DNA of 59,866 bases from Mycobacteriales bacterium (GTDB taxonomy: Bacteria; Actinomycetota; Actinomycetes; Mycobacteriales; SCTD01): positions 1-59,866 of the forward strand of contig JBKJOO010000147.1 of assembly GCA_046595615.1 (NCBI GenBank). Direction: 5' to 3'. Shown piece after piece: positions 24,443 through 34,049 of the stretch. A program made the translations under genes and the position numbers. The notes below the pieces were generated by a model. That model was given only the letters and a program-made list of their open reading frames with translations, was not told the DNA's origin and did not search any database. Position 1 is the stretch's first letter. Every line of letters begins with the position of its first letter.

Positions 24443-25954
24443 TCAGCGGCGGCCGGTGAAGCGGAACACCTCCTCGCGTTCGGCGAAGTGCTGGTTCGAG
24501 GAGATGATCTTTGCGGTGCTGCCAGCCCGCGCGGCGAGGCCAAGACCGACCTGGGTGCAGGCCCGCCCGAAGGTCCGGTAGCCGGGCTCGGTCACCAACC
24601 AGACCGTGTGTCCACCTGCCCGGCGCAGGACCTCCTGGACGAACGCGGTCGGGGCGGCCGCGGCGTTGCGCTCGGCGTAGTCGACCCAGTCGACCCGGTC
24701 GGGCCCGGCGAGGGTGGGGTAGACGACGGCGGTAGCGCCGGCCGGCAGCAGGTCGGCCAAGGCGGGCCCGAGCTGGTCGGGGCACAGCACGACGACGTCG
24801 CCGGGGACCAGGCGCGACCGGAGTACGGCAGCCACCTGGCCGGCCTGGGTCTTGCGGTCGTCGAACGGGTTGCCGACGCTGCCGAGCAGCCCCAGCCCGA
24901 CGGTGAGGCAGGTCAGGGCGATGCGGGTGCGCCCGGACAGGACCCGTAGGCCGAGGGCGACCAGGAGCAGTGCGGGAGCGAGTGCGATCGAGCTGTAGCG
25001 CGGCGCGTAGCCGGCGTGCACCACCTGGCCGATCAGCAGGCCGAGCAGCATCGTGCCGGCCGCGAGCAGCGCCAGGTCGCGCGCGGTTCGGTCCCTGGGA
25101 CGGGCCAGCAGGACCCCGGCTGACGTCGTACGGCCGAGCAGGGCAAGGGCAAACAGGGCCAGCAGCAGCAGCGACAGCACCCGGCCGCCGCCGTGCGACC
25201 CGCCCGCCCACGCGGTCACCGTGTCGAGGGCGGAACCGAGCGACGGTGACGGTGCCCACGGGGTGCCGGTGTGCCGCAACTGGAAGGCCAGGATCGGCAG
25301 CCAGGGCAGCACCAGCAGCGCCCCGGTGGCCTGCGCCGCCAGCAGCCGGTAGCTGCGCCGGAGCAGCAGCACGGTGGCGAGCGTGACCATCAAGAACAGC
25401 GACCAGTAGTGGGTGAGCACCAGCGCAGCGCAGGCGACGGACACCAACGCCAGCCGGCCCCGGCTCGGCCGCTCGGCGGCCCGTAGCAGCACCAGCCCGA
25501 GCAGGACCACTTCGAACACGACCAGGGCGTACATCCTGGCCTCGGTCGCGTAGTGCACCGCGAACGGCGAACTCGCCAGGAGCACGACGGCGAGCCAGCC
25601 GGTCGTGCGATCGCGCAACCGGCGGCCCAGCAGCCAGAGCGCCGGCATCGCCGCCAGTGCGAAGACGGTGGACAGGGCGCGGACAGCGGCGGCGGACTGG
25701 CCGAAGGCAGCCATCCAGCCGTGCAGCAGCAGGTAGTAGACCGGTGGGGCGCCATCGCGCCGCAGCGCAGCCGGGATCTGGTCCAGCGGCAGGCGGGCGA
25801 TGTGCACCGACAGGGCCTCGTCCAGCCACAGCCCGGAGCGGGTCGTCAGCCGGGCCAGGATGCCGAGCGCGAGTGCCACCGCAACCGCAGCCGGCAGGAC
25901 CCGCGAGCGGTGGCCCGGGTCCGCCCGGGTGCGCTCGCGGGCGAGCGTCAGCAC
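24443..25954 (-). CDS. GT-C fold membrane glycosyltransferase (family 39/PMT_2-like mannosyltransferase)
   Basis: 503 aa and polytopic. The N-terminal LWLDEALSVHIA..APPVYYLLLHGW is typical of ArnT/PMT-like enzymes. Confidence 0.75.
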   Translation of the reverse strand: MLTLARERTRADPGHRSRVLPAAVAVALALGILARLTTRSGLWLDEALSVHIARLPLDQIPAALRRDGAPPVYYLLLHGWMAAFGQSAAAVRALSTVFALAAMPALWLLGRRLRDRTTGWLAVVLLASSPFAVHYATEARMYALVVFEVVLLGLVLLRAAERPSRGRLALVSVACAALVLTHYWSLFLMVTLATVLLLRRSYRLLAAQATGALLVLPWLPILAFQLRHTGTPWAPSPSLGSALDTVTAWAGGSHGGGRVLSLLLLALFALALLGRTTSAGVLLARPRDRTARDLALLAAGTMLLGLLIGQVVHAGYAPRYSSIALAPALLLVALGLRVLSGRTRIALTCLTVGLGLLGSVGNPFDDRKTQAGQVAAVLRSRLVPGDVVVLCPDQLGPALADLLPAGATAVVYPTLAGPDRVDWVDYAERNAAAAPTAFVQEVLRRAGGHTVWLVTEPGYRTFGRACTQVGLGLAARAGSTAKIISSNQHFAEREEVFRFTGRR

Positions 25955-25958
25955 CCTG

Positions 25959-27458
25959 TCAGGACGCCCGCGTCTTCGGCAGCGGATGGAACGGCGCCTC
26001 CCGGCCGGTCCGCTGCTCGACCGAAGTGCCGGCTGCCTTGCCGGTCTGCTCCTCGTGGTAGTCGTCCTCCACGTTGACCTCCCAGACGTCGTGCGAGGCG
26101 CCCAGGATGTTCTTGGCGGTCAGCATCGCTGTCAGCATGCTGTGGTCCTGGTTGTTGTACTTGTGCATGCCGTTGCGGCCGACCGGATGGACATTGGGCA
26201 CGGTCCGGTCGAGCCAGTGCCGGATGGTGGCGACGTGCCCGGCGTACGCCGCGTCGTAGACCGGGTAGGCCTTGGGCTGACGCACCACGTGACCGGCCTC
26301 GACCGCGCCGACGTCGACGAGGCCGAGCGTGGACAACTCGCGCTTAGCCATCGCGACGAGCTCGCCATCGGTGGCCGTCCAGAGCTCATCGCCCTCGTTG
26401 ACGAAGTACTCAAGGCCCAGGCAAGTCCGGCCGTCCTTGACCAGGTGCGGCGACCACGAGCCGAAGTTCTGGATCCGGCCGACCTTGACGTCGGGGGCGT
26501 GGATGTAGATCCAGTTGTCGGGAAAGCTGAACCGCTCGGGTACGACGAGCGCAACGGTAAGGAAATCTCGGTAGCGCAGGCTCCGCGCGGCGTCCTGGAC
26601 GGCGGCGGGGGCGGCGGGCTCCATCGCGAGGACCAGCTCGGACAACGGCATCGAGGACACGACCGCATCGCAGTCGTAACGGGTGGAACCGCCCTGACTC
26701 AGCGCGGTGACCGCGACCGCTCGACCGTCCTCGTGATGCACCGTCTGCGCCCAGGTGTGCAGGCGCACCTTGCCGCCCATCGCCTGCACCCCGTCGCGGC
26801 AGCGCTCCCACATCATGCCGGGACCGAGCTTTGGGTACTGGAACTCCTCGATCAGGCTCGCGACGTCCTTGCTGTTCTTCTTCGGCAGCAGCGCCCGGAC
26901 GACGGCCGTCATCAGCGACATGTTCTTGATCCGCTGTGCCGCCCAGTCGGCCTGGATCTCGGTCGCGGGCATGCCCCACACCTTCTCGGTGTAGGTCTTG
27001 AAAAAGATCCGGTAGAGACGCCAGCCGAACCGCGCGGCAACCCAGCCCTCGAAGTTGGACTGGTCGGCCGGCGGGCGGAGCCGGGCCAGACCGTAGCTCG
27101 CCATGCACCGGACGGCCTCGACGATCCCGAGGTTGCCCAGGGCGTTGCTGGCCTTGAGCGGGTAGTCGAACAGCTTGCCGTCGTAGAAGATCCGGCTCAT
27201 CCGCGGCCGCATCAGGAAGTCCTCGTCCGGCAAGATCTCGTGCCAGAGGCGCTCGACCTCCGGCACCTTGGTGAAGAAGCGGTGCCCGCCGATGTCGAAC
27301 CGCCAGCCATCGCGCTCGACGGTTCGGCTGATGCCGCCGACCGCGTCCGAGGCCTCGAGCACCGTCACCGGCGCACCGGCTTTCTCGAGCTCATAGGCAG
27401 CGGTGAGGCCAGCGGGGCCGGCACCGATCACCAACGTGTGCGGGGGAGGATTCGGCAC
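25959..27458 (-). CDS. NAD(P)/FAD-dependent oxidoreductase (amine-oxidase / UDP-galactopyranose-mutase-like fold)
   Basis: ORF 25959..27839 trimmed to a GTG preceded by GGAGAAAGC. Contains VIGAGPAGLTAAYEL..VLEASDAVGGISRT..IGGHRFF. Confidence 0.8.
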   Translation of the reverse strand: MPNPPPHTLVIGAGPAGLTAAYELEKAGAPVTVLEASDAVGGISRTVERDGWRFDIGGHRFFTKVPEVERLWHEILPDEDFLMRPRMSRIFYDGKLFDYPLKASNALGNLGIVEAVRCMASYGLARLRPPADQSNFEGWVAARFGWRLYRIFFKTYTEKVWGMPATEIQADWAAQRIKNMSLMTAVVRALLPKKNSKDVASLIEEFQYPKLGPGMMWERCRDGVQAMGGKVRLHTWAQTVHHEDGRAVAVTALSQGGSTRYDCDAVVSSMPLSELVLAMEPAAPAAVQDAARSLRYRDFLTVALVVPERFSFPDNWIYIHAPDVKVGRIQNFGSWSPHLVKDGRTCLGLEYFVNEGDELWTATDGELVAMAKRELSTLGLVDVGAVEAGHVVRQPKAYPVYDAAYAGHVATIRHWLDRTVPNVHPVGRNGMHKYNNQDHSMLTAMLTAKNILGASHDVWEVNVEDDYHEEQTGKAAGTSVEQRTGREAPFHPLPKTRAS

Positions 27459-27541
27459 GCTTTCTCCATTCAAGAGGCTGAGCTTCCCATGCCCCGGGTC
27501 ATCCCGGGGCACGCCGAAAGCAGCGGGTCTTTGCCCAATTG

Positions 27542-28660
27542 TTACCCACCGAGGGCCCGCACGAGCAGCCGGACCGATCTGCGTTCGAGCTGGGGGGCCA
27601 GTGCGGTGTGCCCGCTGACCAGGCGGACGAACAGCGACCACACCGGTGGCGCGGCGCGCAGCACCCCGTGCACGGCGCCGGGATGGCGGGTGAACGCGGC
27701 GAGTGCCCGGCGCCCGGCGACCATCTCCGGACCCAGCAGGGCCTCGACGGCCCCGGCGTACGACGTCGGGTCGGTGGCGGCGGCGTGGCCGGCGAGCCGG
27801 CCGGACCGCAGCGCGAAGCTGATGCCCTCGCGGGTCCACGGGTCGAGCAACCCGGCTGCGTCACCGGCGACCAGCACCCGGCCGCGCCGCAGCGGCGAAC
27901 CGGCGGCGCGGACGCGGGTGAGGTGGCCGCCGTCCTCGAGCGCGGTCGACAGGTCGAGGCCGAGCGAGGCCACGAAGCTGCGGTAGTAGTCCCGAACGGC
28001 CGCGCCGCGGGCCCGGTCGCCGATGACCCCGACGGTGAGGGTGTCGCCTTTGGGGAACACCCAGCCGTAGGAGCCGGGCACCGGACCCCAGTCGAGCAGC
28101 ACGCGGCCGGCCCAGTCGCTGCCCGGCGGGGTCGGCAGTTCGGCCTCGAGTCCGAGGTCGACCTGCTCGCAGACGACGCCAACGTGGGCGGCGGCCCGGC
28201 CCTGCGAGCCGTCCGCGCCGACCACGGCGCGGGCCCGGAGCGAGCCGTCCCGCGTCGTGAGCCGCACGAGACCGGCCACCTGCGCGTACGCCGTGACGGT
28301 GGTGGCCGTCTGCAGCACGGCGCCGGCCTCGACCGCGGCCGCGACGAGGGCGGCGTCGAGGTCGGCGCGCAGGACCATCGGCAGGAACGCCGGGGCGGCC
28401 CGGCTGAACGGCCGCCGGCCGTTGCTGGTGAAGGTGATCCGGCCGACCTGCTCCCGCGCGAGCGGGAGCAGGTCGAGGCCGGCCTCGGCAACGGCGGCCT
28501 GCGAGGCGCCGATCAGCCCGCCGCCGCAGCGCTTGTAGCGGGGGACCTGCTCGCGCTCGAGCAGCAGGGTGCGGGCGCCGGCCGTTGCGGCGGCGCGGGC
28601 GGCGGCGGCGCCGGCCGGGCCGGCCCCGACGACCACGACGTCCCAGGGATGCTCGCTCAC
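27542..28660 (-). CDS. Geranylgeranyl reductase family FAD-dependent oxidoreductase
   Basis: 372 aa. Contains [38 protein letters not shown], the GGR signature including the RxKxCGG element. Confidence 0.85.
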   Translation of the reverse strand: MSEHPWDVVVVGAGPAGAAAARAAATAGARTLLLEREQVPRYKRCGGGLIGASQAAVAEAGLDLLPLAREQVGRITFTSNGRRPFSRAAPAFLPMVLRADLDAALVAAAVEAGAVLQTATTVTAYAQVAGLVRLTTRDGSLRARAVVGADGSQGRAAAHVGVVCEQVDLGLEAELPTPPGSDWAGRVLLDWGPVPGSYGWVFPKGDTLTVGVIGDRARGAAVRDYYRSFVASLGLDLSTALEDGGHLTRVRAAGSPLRRGRVLVAGDAAGLLDPWTREGISFALRSGRLAGHAAATDPTSYAGAVEALLGPEMVAGRRALAAFTRHPGAVHGVLRAAPPVWSLFVRLVSGHTALAPQLERRSVRLLVRALGG

Positions 28661-30393
28661 CGCAGCAGCGTGACGGGGATGTCGACGTACCGCGATCGGA
28701 GATACTCGCCCAGGCCCTTGGCCTGCGGGTCGAACCGGGTGCTGGCCGCGACGCCCTGCCCGAGCAGTCCGACGACGACGACGTTGACCGCCCGCAGGTT
28801 GGGCAGCCGGTAGAGCTGGACCTCGAGCCCGGCCGCCTCAGGCAGGAGCGCGCGAAAGGCGTCCTCGGTGAGCCAGCCGTCGAGCCAGCTCGCCGCATCG
28901 TCGCTGCGCGCCCAGAACCCCACGTTGGCGTTGCCCCCCTTGTCGCCGGAGCGGGCGCCGAGGACCGTGCCCAGCGGCACCCGCCGAGTCCCTTCCCCGC
29001 CGATCATGGAGGTTGTGCGGTCCGGCTGAGCGTGCGCGACCAGCAACGTGTCCATGATCGGCGGGGAAGGGATCACCTCGCGGCGGCCGTCGGCGTGCAC
29101 CACGAGGTGTTCGACCTCGCCGGCGTCGACCAGCGCGGGCCAGTACACGCCGTACGCCGTGGCATCGCCGGGCTGGCTGGTCAGCGTGCACCCGGCGTAG
29201 CTGGCGAGGGCCAGTTCGACGGCCGCCCCGCTGAACGCCCGGCCCACCACCAGCGGGTCGTCGTCCTTCACGGTGATCCGCAGCAGCGCGGTGGCCTGCT
29301 CGTTGGTCTCGGCATCGGGCCGGTCGAGCCGGACCAGCCGATGCTCGAACACCGCCGGCACCGAAGGCATCGCCTCGCGCAGCCCGGCGAGCGCGAGCGC
29401 CGCCTTGCCCTCGATATCGAGCCCGGTCAGCACGAACTCCATCCGGTTGCGCCAGCCGCCGAGCATGTTCAGCGCGACCTTGAGCCGCCCGCTCGGTGGG
29501 CCGCCCCGGACCCCGCTCACCGACACCCGGTCCGACCCTTGTTGGGCAAGTGCGATCGTCGCGAAGTCGGCGACGACATCCGGCCCGGCGTACGACGGGG
29601 AGGCGATCTCGTAGAGCAGCTGGGCGGTGACCGTGCCGACGGTGACGGCGCCGCCGGTGCCGGGGTGCTTGGTGATGACGGCCGAGCCGTCGGCGGCGAG
29701 CTCGGCGACCGGGAAGCCCATGCGCAGTGGGCGGGCCACCTCGTCGGCCACGAAGGCGTAGTTGCCGCCGGTCGCCTGGGTACCGCACTCGAGGATGTGA
29801 CCGACCACGACGGCGCCGGCGAGGGCGTCCCAGGCGTCCCGGGCCCAGCCGAAATGGGCTGCCGCTGGGCCGACCACGAGCGAGGCGTCGGTGACCCGGC
29901 CGGTCACCACGACTTGCGCACCGGCCTGCAGTGCGGCCGCGATGCCCCAGGCACCGAGGTAGGCATTGGCCGTCAGGGGGGTTCGGGCGCCGAGCGGCTC
30001 GCCGGTGTCGAGGTTGGGCAGCTCGAGCCCGGCGACCCGGTCCAGCAGGTCGTCGCCCTGGACGTGCGCCACCGGCAGGGCCACGCCGAGGCGGTCGGCG
30101 AGGGCGCGGACCGCGTCTGCGCAGGCGGCCGGGGCGAGCCCGCCGGCGTTGACCACGATCTGGGTGCCCCGCTCGCCGACGAGGCCGAGCACGTCCTCGA
30201 GCTGGCGCAGGAAGGTCGTCGCGTAGCCGCGGGCGGGATCCTTTTGGCGGGACCGGAACAAGATGAGCATCGTCAGCTCTGCCAGGTAGTCACCCGTCAC
30301 GACATCCACGGGTCCGTCGTTGAGCACCTCGAACAGGGCCGACATCCGGTCGCCGAGGAAGCCGGAGCAGTTGGCCAGCCGAAGGGGTTGCAC
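28657..30393 (-). CDS. Acyclic terpene utilisation AtuA family protein (DUF1446)
   Basis: 578 aa. MQPLRLANCSGFLGDR..VVTGDYLAELTM is the characteristic AtuA N-terminus. Its stop overlaps the GGR start by 4 nt. Confidence 0.8.
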   Translation of the reverse strand: MQPLRLANCSGFLGDRMSALFEVLNDGPVDVVTGDYLAELTMLILFRSRQKDPARGYATTFLRQLEDVLGLVGERGTQIVVNAGGLAPAACADAVRALADRLGVALPVAHVQGDDLLDRVAGLELPNLDTGEPLGARTPLTANAYLGAWGIAAALQAGAQVVVTGRVTDASLVVGPAAAHFGWARDAWDALAGAVVVGHILECGTQATGGNYAFVADEVARPLRMGFPVAELAADGSAVITKHPGTGGAVTVGTVTAQLLYEIASPSYAGPDVVADFATIALAQQGSDRVSVSGVRGGPPSGRLKVALNMLGGWRNRMEFVLTGLDIEGKAALALAGLREAMPSVPAVFEHRLVRLDRPDAETNEQATALLRITVKDDDPLVVGRAFSGAAVELALASYAGCTLTSQPGDATAYGVYWPALVDAGEVEHLVVHADGRREVIPSPPIMDTLLVAHAQPDRTTSMIGGEGTRRVPLGTVLGARSGDKGGNANVGFWARSDDAASWLDGWLTEDAFRALLPEAAGLEVQLYRLPNLRAVNVVVVGLLGQGVAASTRFDPQAKGLGEYLRSRYVDIPVTLLR

Positions 30394-30431
30394 GCACCGA
30401 TGACTACCAGAGCAACGGGGAGAGCTGGGGC

Positions 30432-31643
30432 ATGCGGGTGACCGCGCGTGGCCCCCGGCCGACCGGCACGCAGCTGGCTGCGGGCGCGCTCGCCGTGGCC
30501 GCCGTGCTGGGTGTCACGACAGCGGCCGTGGGGCTCCCGGCGCGGGCGGCTCATCCGGCTGCGCGACACGTCACCGCGGTAGCGCCGCAGGTGACCGCCC
30601 CTGGGACGACGGGCCGCACCACGTCCGCGCCGGCGGCCGGTGCCGCGGCGGCCGGCACGTCTGCGCCTGTCCACCCGGTCGCACCGCTCGGTCCGCTGCA
30701 AACCCCTGGTCTGCTGGTGGGGGCGGCGCACCCGCTCACCGGGGCGCAACTCGGCGCGCTGCACCGGCTGCGTGGGCTGCGTGCGCTGGCCGTGCTCGAT
30801 GCCGGTCCGGTGCGGGTCGTCGGCCGGGCGGCGCACGCGGTCGGTGTCGACCCGACGCAATTCTGGGCGTTCACCCCGCGCGAAACCGCCCGCTCGGACG
30901 GGCTCTGGCAGTCGGTCGCGCGCGGTGAGCTGGCGCCGACCTACGGCCTCGCACGCGCTGGCAAACTGCCGCTGGGCGGCACGATCGGTGTACAGGGAGC
31001 CGGGGCGCAGCAGGCCTCCGCTGTGCAGGGCCGGATCGGGGCGGTCGCGGTCTATGGCGTCCCGGGCATCGATCTCGTCGTCGACCGCGCCGTCGGCCGC
31101 TCCCTGGGTCTGCCAGCCGGCACGGGCGTCCTCGTCGCCGCGCCGGCCCGGGACATCACCGACCTGCAGCGCGAGGTGCGCGCCGCGGTCGGGGGTGCGG
31201 CGGCCGTCACGGTCATGCGGCTCGCCGTCGTCACGGCGTACAAAGGCGGGCCCGCCAGCGCCACGCAGGCGGGCAAGCCACGCAACTACCGCGAGCTCTA
31301 CATGGCGTCGGCGCACTCCTGCCCGGGGCTGTCCTGGAAGGTCCTCGCGGCGATCGGGCAGGTCGAGAGCGACCACGGCCGCAACGCCGGACCGTCCAGT
31401 GCCGGTGCGCTCGGCCCGATGCAGTTCCTGCCGAGCACCTGGGCCTTCTCGGGTGTCGACGGTGACGGCGACGGCAAGAAAGACATCACCAACCCGTTCG
31501 ACGCGGTACCGGCGGCGGCGCTCTACCTCTGCCGGGACGGTGCGGGTCGGGGCGGACAAGCGCTGTACGACGCGGTGTTCAGCTACAACCACGCAGACTG
31601 GTATGTCCGGTTGGTGCTCGGGCTGGCCCAGCAGTATCACTAG
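30432..31643 (+). CDS. Secreted lytic transglycosylase domain protein
   Basis: 403 aa. Signal-like N-terminus. The C-terminal LAAIGQVESDHGR..GALGPMQFLPSTW..YNHADWY has the transglycosylase catalytic Glu context. Confidence 0.85.
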   Translation: MRVTARGPRPTGTQLAAGALAVAAVLGVTTAAVGLPARAAHPAARHVTAVAPQVTAPGTTGRTTSAPAAGAAAAGTSAPVHPVAPLGPLQTPGLLVGAAHPLTGAQLGALHRLRGLRALAVLDAGPVRVVGRAAHAVGVDPTQFWAFTPRETARSDGLWQSVARGELAPTYGLARAGKLPLGGTIGVQGAGAQQASAVQGRIGAVAVYGVPGIDLVVDRAVGRSLGLPAGTGVLVAAPARDITDLQREVRAAVGGAAAVTVMRLAVVTAYKGGPASATQAGKPRNYRELYMASAHSCPGLSWKVLAAIGQVESDHGRNAGPSSAGALGPMQFLPSTWAFSGVDGDGDGKKDITNPFDAVPAAALYLCRDGAGRGGQALYDAVFSYNHADWYVRLVLGLAQQYH

Positions 31644-31937
31644 CCTCGGACCTACGACGATGCAGAAGATGATCACCACGGTGGTCAAGGACCAACACGA
31701 GTCATCCACAGTGCGTTCGTACCTCGGACGATGGGCGTGTGTGCAATCACGTTGAAGGGCTACTTCGACCTGACACACCCGCCGGGCCGAGATCGGGGGT
31801 CGGCGGCGGCCACGCGACGTCGGTCAGGCTGCTGGACATCGTCGAGCGGTCGCCTTTGCGCTACCGGTCGCGGGTGCGCGAGGAACGCTCCACCACCGAG
31901 CGCCCCCTCCCGCCCGCCGGTCCCGGGCCCGCTCGCT

Positions 31938-32582
31938 TTACTTCCGCCAGAACAGGTGGTGACTCACGCCGCTCGGGCTCGGGACGACCTCGAGGTGGAA
32001 CCGGTCGAGCAGCTCCTCCGGGGACGGCCAGAGCCGGACCCCGGACCCGAGCTCTACCGGCGAGACCGCTACGTGCAGGGTGTCCACGAGGCCGGCGTCG
32101 AGGAATTCTCGGATGGTCGTCGCCCCGCCGCCGAGCCGGACGTCCTGCCCCTGCGCGGCTTCGCGTGCCTGCGCGAGCACGGTGGCCGGGTCGCGGTTGA
32201 CGAAGTGGAACGTGGTGTCGGCCAGCGTGAACGACGGTCGTTCGTGGTGGGTCATGACGAAAACCGGGGTGCGGAAGGGCGGCTCCTCACCCCACCAGCC
32301 GCGCCACTCGTGGGTGGCCCAGGGCCCGCGTTGTGGCCCGAACTTGTTGCGGCCCATGATTTCGGCGCCGATGTTTCGTGCGAAGTCCCGCGTCAGATAG
32401 TCGTCGAGGCCCCGGCTCCCGCCGGGGTCGGTGCGCCTGGGCCAGCTGGCGGTGGCCCCGGCCCAGGCAAAGAGCCTCTCGGGGTCTACCTGCCCGAACG
32501 GTCTTTCGAAGCTCTGGTCCTCGCCGGCACCGATGCCGTCACTCGAGACGGTGAAGTTCTGCACTCTGAGCAGTTGGGCCAC
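31938..32582 (-). CDS. Dihydrofolate reductase family protein (RibD C-terminal domain)
   Basis: ORF 31938..32861 trimmed to a GTG preceded by GGAGG (VAQLLRVQNFTVSSDG). Contains GRNKFGP..VFVMTHHER..VRLGGGATTIREFLDAGLVD. Confidence 0.8.
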   Translation of the reverse strand: MAQLLRVQNFTVSSDGIGAGEDQSFERPFGQVDPERLFAWAGATASWPRRTDPGGSRGLDDYLTRDFARNIGAEIMGRNKFGPQRGPWATHEWRGWWGEEPPFRTPVFVMTHHERPSFTLADTTFHFVNRDPATVLAQAREAAQGQDVRLGGGATTIREFLDAGLVDTLHVAVSPVELGSGVRLWPSPEELLDRFHLEVVPSPSGVSHHLFWRK

Positions 32583-32958
32583 GCGTGTACCTCCTGTGTT
32601 ACCGATAGCGATGGTAGGACTCCCCGGGCCGAAGACATTCATTGGTGATAGGCCACCGTGCTCGCTGTGGACGGGTGGGTGCGGAAGCCCTGTCTGGTAG
32701 CGGCCACCCGGCCGCCACAGTGACTGCATGCCAGCTCGGGCTGCAGCGCCTGCCCCCATTGGCCAACTCCGCTCGGCGTGGGAGCAGGCAGCGCCGCCCC
32801 TTCTCCTCATCTGCTGCGTGTGGTGCGAGCAAGCCCACGCAGGAACGAGCGCGTGCATCACGGCCGGCGCCGTTCCTCACCGCGGCGCCAGCGAGCACCT
32901 CGGCACCGTGCGACTCCTCCTCGAGTGCCGCCCCTGGCCGGCACGGCGAGCGGGCGAT

Positions 32959-33975
32959 CTAGACGGAGAGGACGAGCTTCCCGCGCACGGATCCTGCGAG
33001 CAGCAGCTCGACGGCCTGAGCTGCCGACTCCAGCGGCAGAACCCGCTGGACGGCCGGCGTCACCTGGCCGGAGTCGATGAGACCGGTGAGGACGGAAAGG
33101 TCGCCAGCGTTCTCCTTGCACACGAACGTGCGGAACCGCTGGCGCAGGAACGGTGACAGAAGCGCTGCGCCAAATTGCCGCTGGACACCTCCGAGCACCC
33201 GCCCCCCTGTCTCGCCGCCGATGATGACGAGCGTGCCGGTGCGGGTAAGCGCCTTACGCAGCCGGGGCACGGGGGTGTTCCCACCGACGTCGAGGATGAC
33301 GTCGTAGCAGCGGTCCGGAAGCTGGTCCGCCGTGTAGTCCAGGACGGTGGTGGCGCCGAGCGAGCGGACGAGGTCGAGCTTGGTGGGGCTGGCTACGCCG
33401 GTGACCGTGGCGCCGTAGGCCTTGGCGATCTGCACGGCGTACGAGCCGACGCCGCCACTGGCACCGACGACCAGCACCTGCTGCCCGGACCTCACCTGGC
33501 CGTGGTCTCGGACGGCCTGCAGAGCGGTCATCGCCGAGACGGGGACGGCAGCGGCCTGTTCGAAGGTCAGCTGCGTCGGCTTGGGCGAGAGCTTGTCCTG
33601 GGACGCCCGGGCGTACTCGGCAAAGGTGCCGGCGCCAGTGCCGTACACCTCATCCCCGACGTGGAAGCGGGTGACGCTGCTGCCGACGTTGGTGACGACC
33701 CCGGCGAGGTCCCCGCCGACGACGGGGTTCTTCGGCGCGCGAACGCCGTAGCCGGCGAGCCGGAGCGGGTAGGGCAACCCGGTCACGATGTGCCAGACGC
33801 CGCGGTCCACACCGGCCGCGCGCACCTGGACCAGCACCTCGTCAGCGCCGATCGTGGGCACCGGCACCTGGACGACCCGCAGGACCTGCTCTGGTGCGCC
33901 GTACCGGTCCCGCATGACAGCGCGCATGGTCACGGCCGCCGCCGGCTTGGCGCTCGCGGCGTGTTGTGTCGTCAT
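32959..33975 (-). CDS. NADPH:quinone oxidoreductase / zinc-type alcohol dehydrogenase superfamily (MDR)
   Basis: ORF 32959..34011 trimmed to the ATG with a GAGAGG RBS. Contains VLVVGASGGVGSYAVQIAK and the C-terminus GSVRGKLVL. Confidence 0.85.
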   Translation of the reverse strand: MTTQHAASAKPAAAVTMRAVMRDRYGAPEQVLRVVQVPVPTIGADEVLVQVRAAGVDRGVWHIVTGLPYPLRLAGYGVRAPKNPVVGGDLAGVVTNVGSSVTRFHVGDEVYGTGAGTFAEYARASQDKLSPKPTQLTFEQAAAVPVSAMTALQAVRDHGQVRSGQQVLVVGASGGVGSYAVQIAKAYGATVTGVASPTKLDLVRSLGATTVLDYTADQLPDRCYDVILDVGGNTPVPRLRKALTRTGTLVIIGGETGGRVLGGVQRQFGAALLSPFLRQRFRTFVCKENAGDLSVLTGLIDSGQVTPAVQRVLPLESAAQAVELLLAGSVRGKLVLSV

Positions 33976-34014
33976 CAGGTGCCTCTCGAAGATCGCGGCT
34001 TGGGGTGTCACTCA

Positions 34015-34030
34015 GGTGTACGCTTACACC
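34015..34030. promoter_or_regulatory. Candidate TetR operator (inverted repeat GGTGTA-cgct-TACACC)
   Basis: Perfect 6-bp inverted arms with a 4-nt spacer, in the 74-bp divergent gap between the MDR gene and the TetR gene. Confidence 0.35.
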
Positions 34031-34049
34031 GTAAGTTAGTCAAGCGATC

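Noticed and set aside
28585-30441. 618-aa plus-strand ORF.
   Set aside because: It is antisense to the AtuA-family gene, with low-complexity sequence.
31660-31755. 31-codon ORF (MQKMITTVVKDQHESSTVRSYLGRWACVQSR) in the comparatively AT-richer gap after the lytic transglycosylase gene.
   Set aside because: It has no RBS and no recognisable family. It is in frame with a shadow ORF, and the evidence is insufficient. The 31644-31937 gap may simply hold convergent 3' UTRs.
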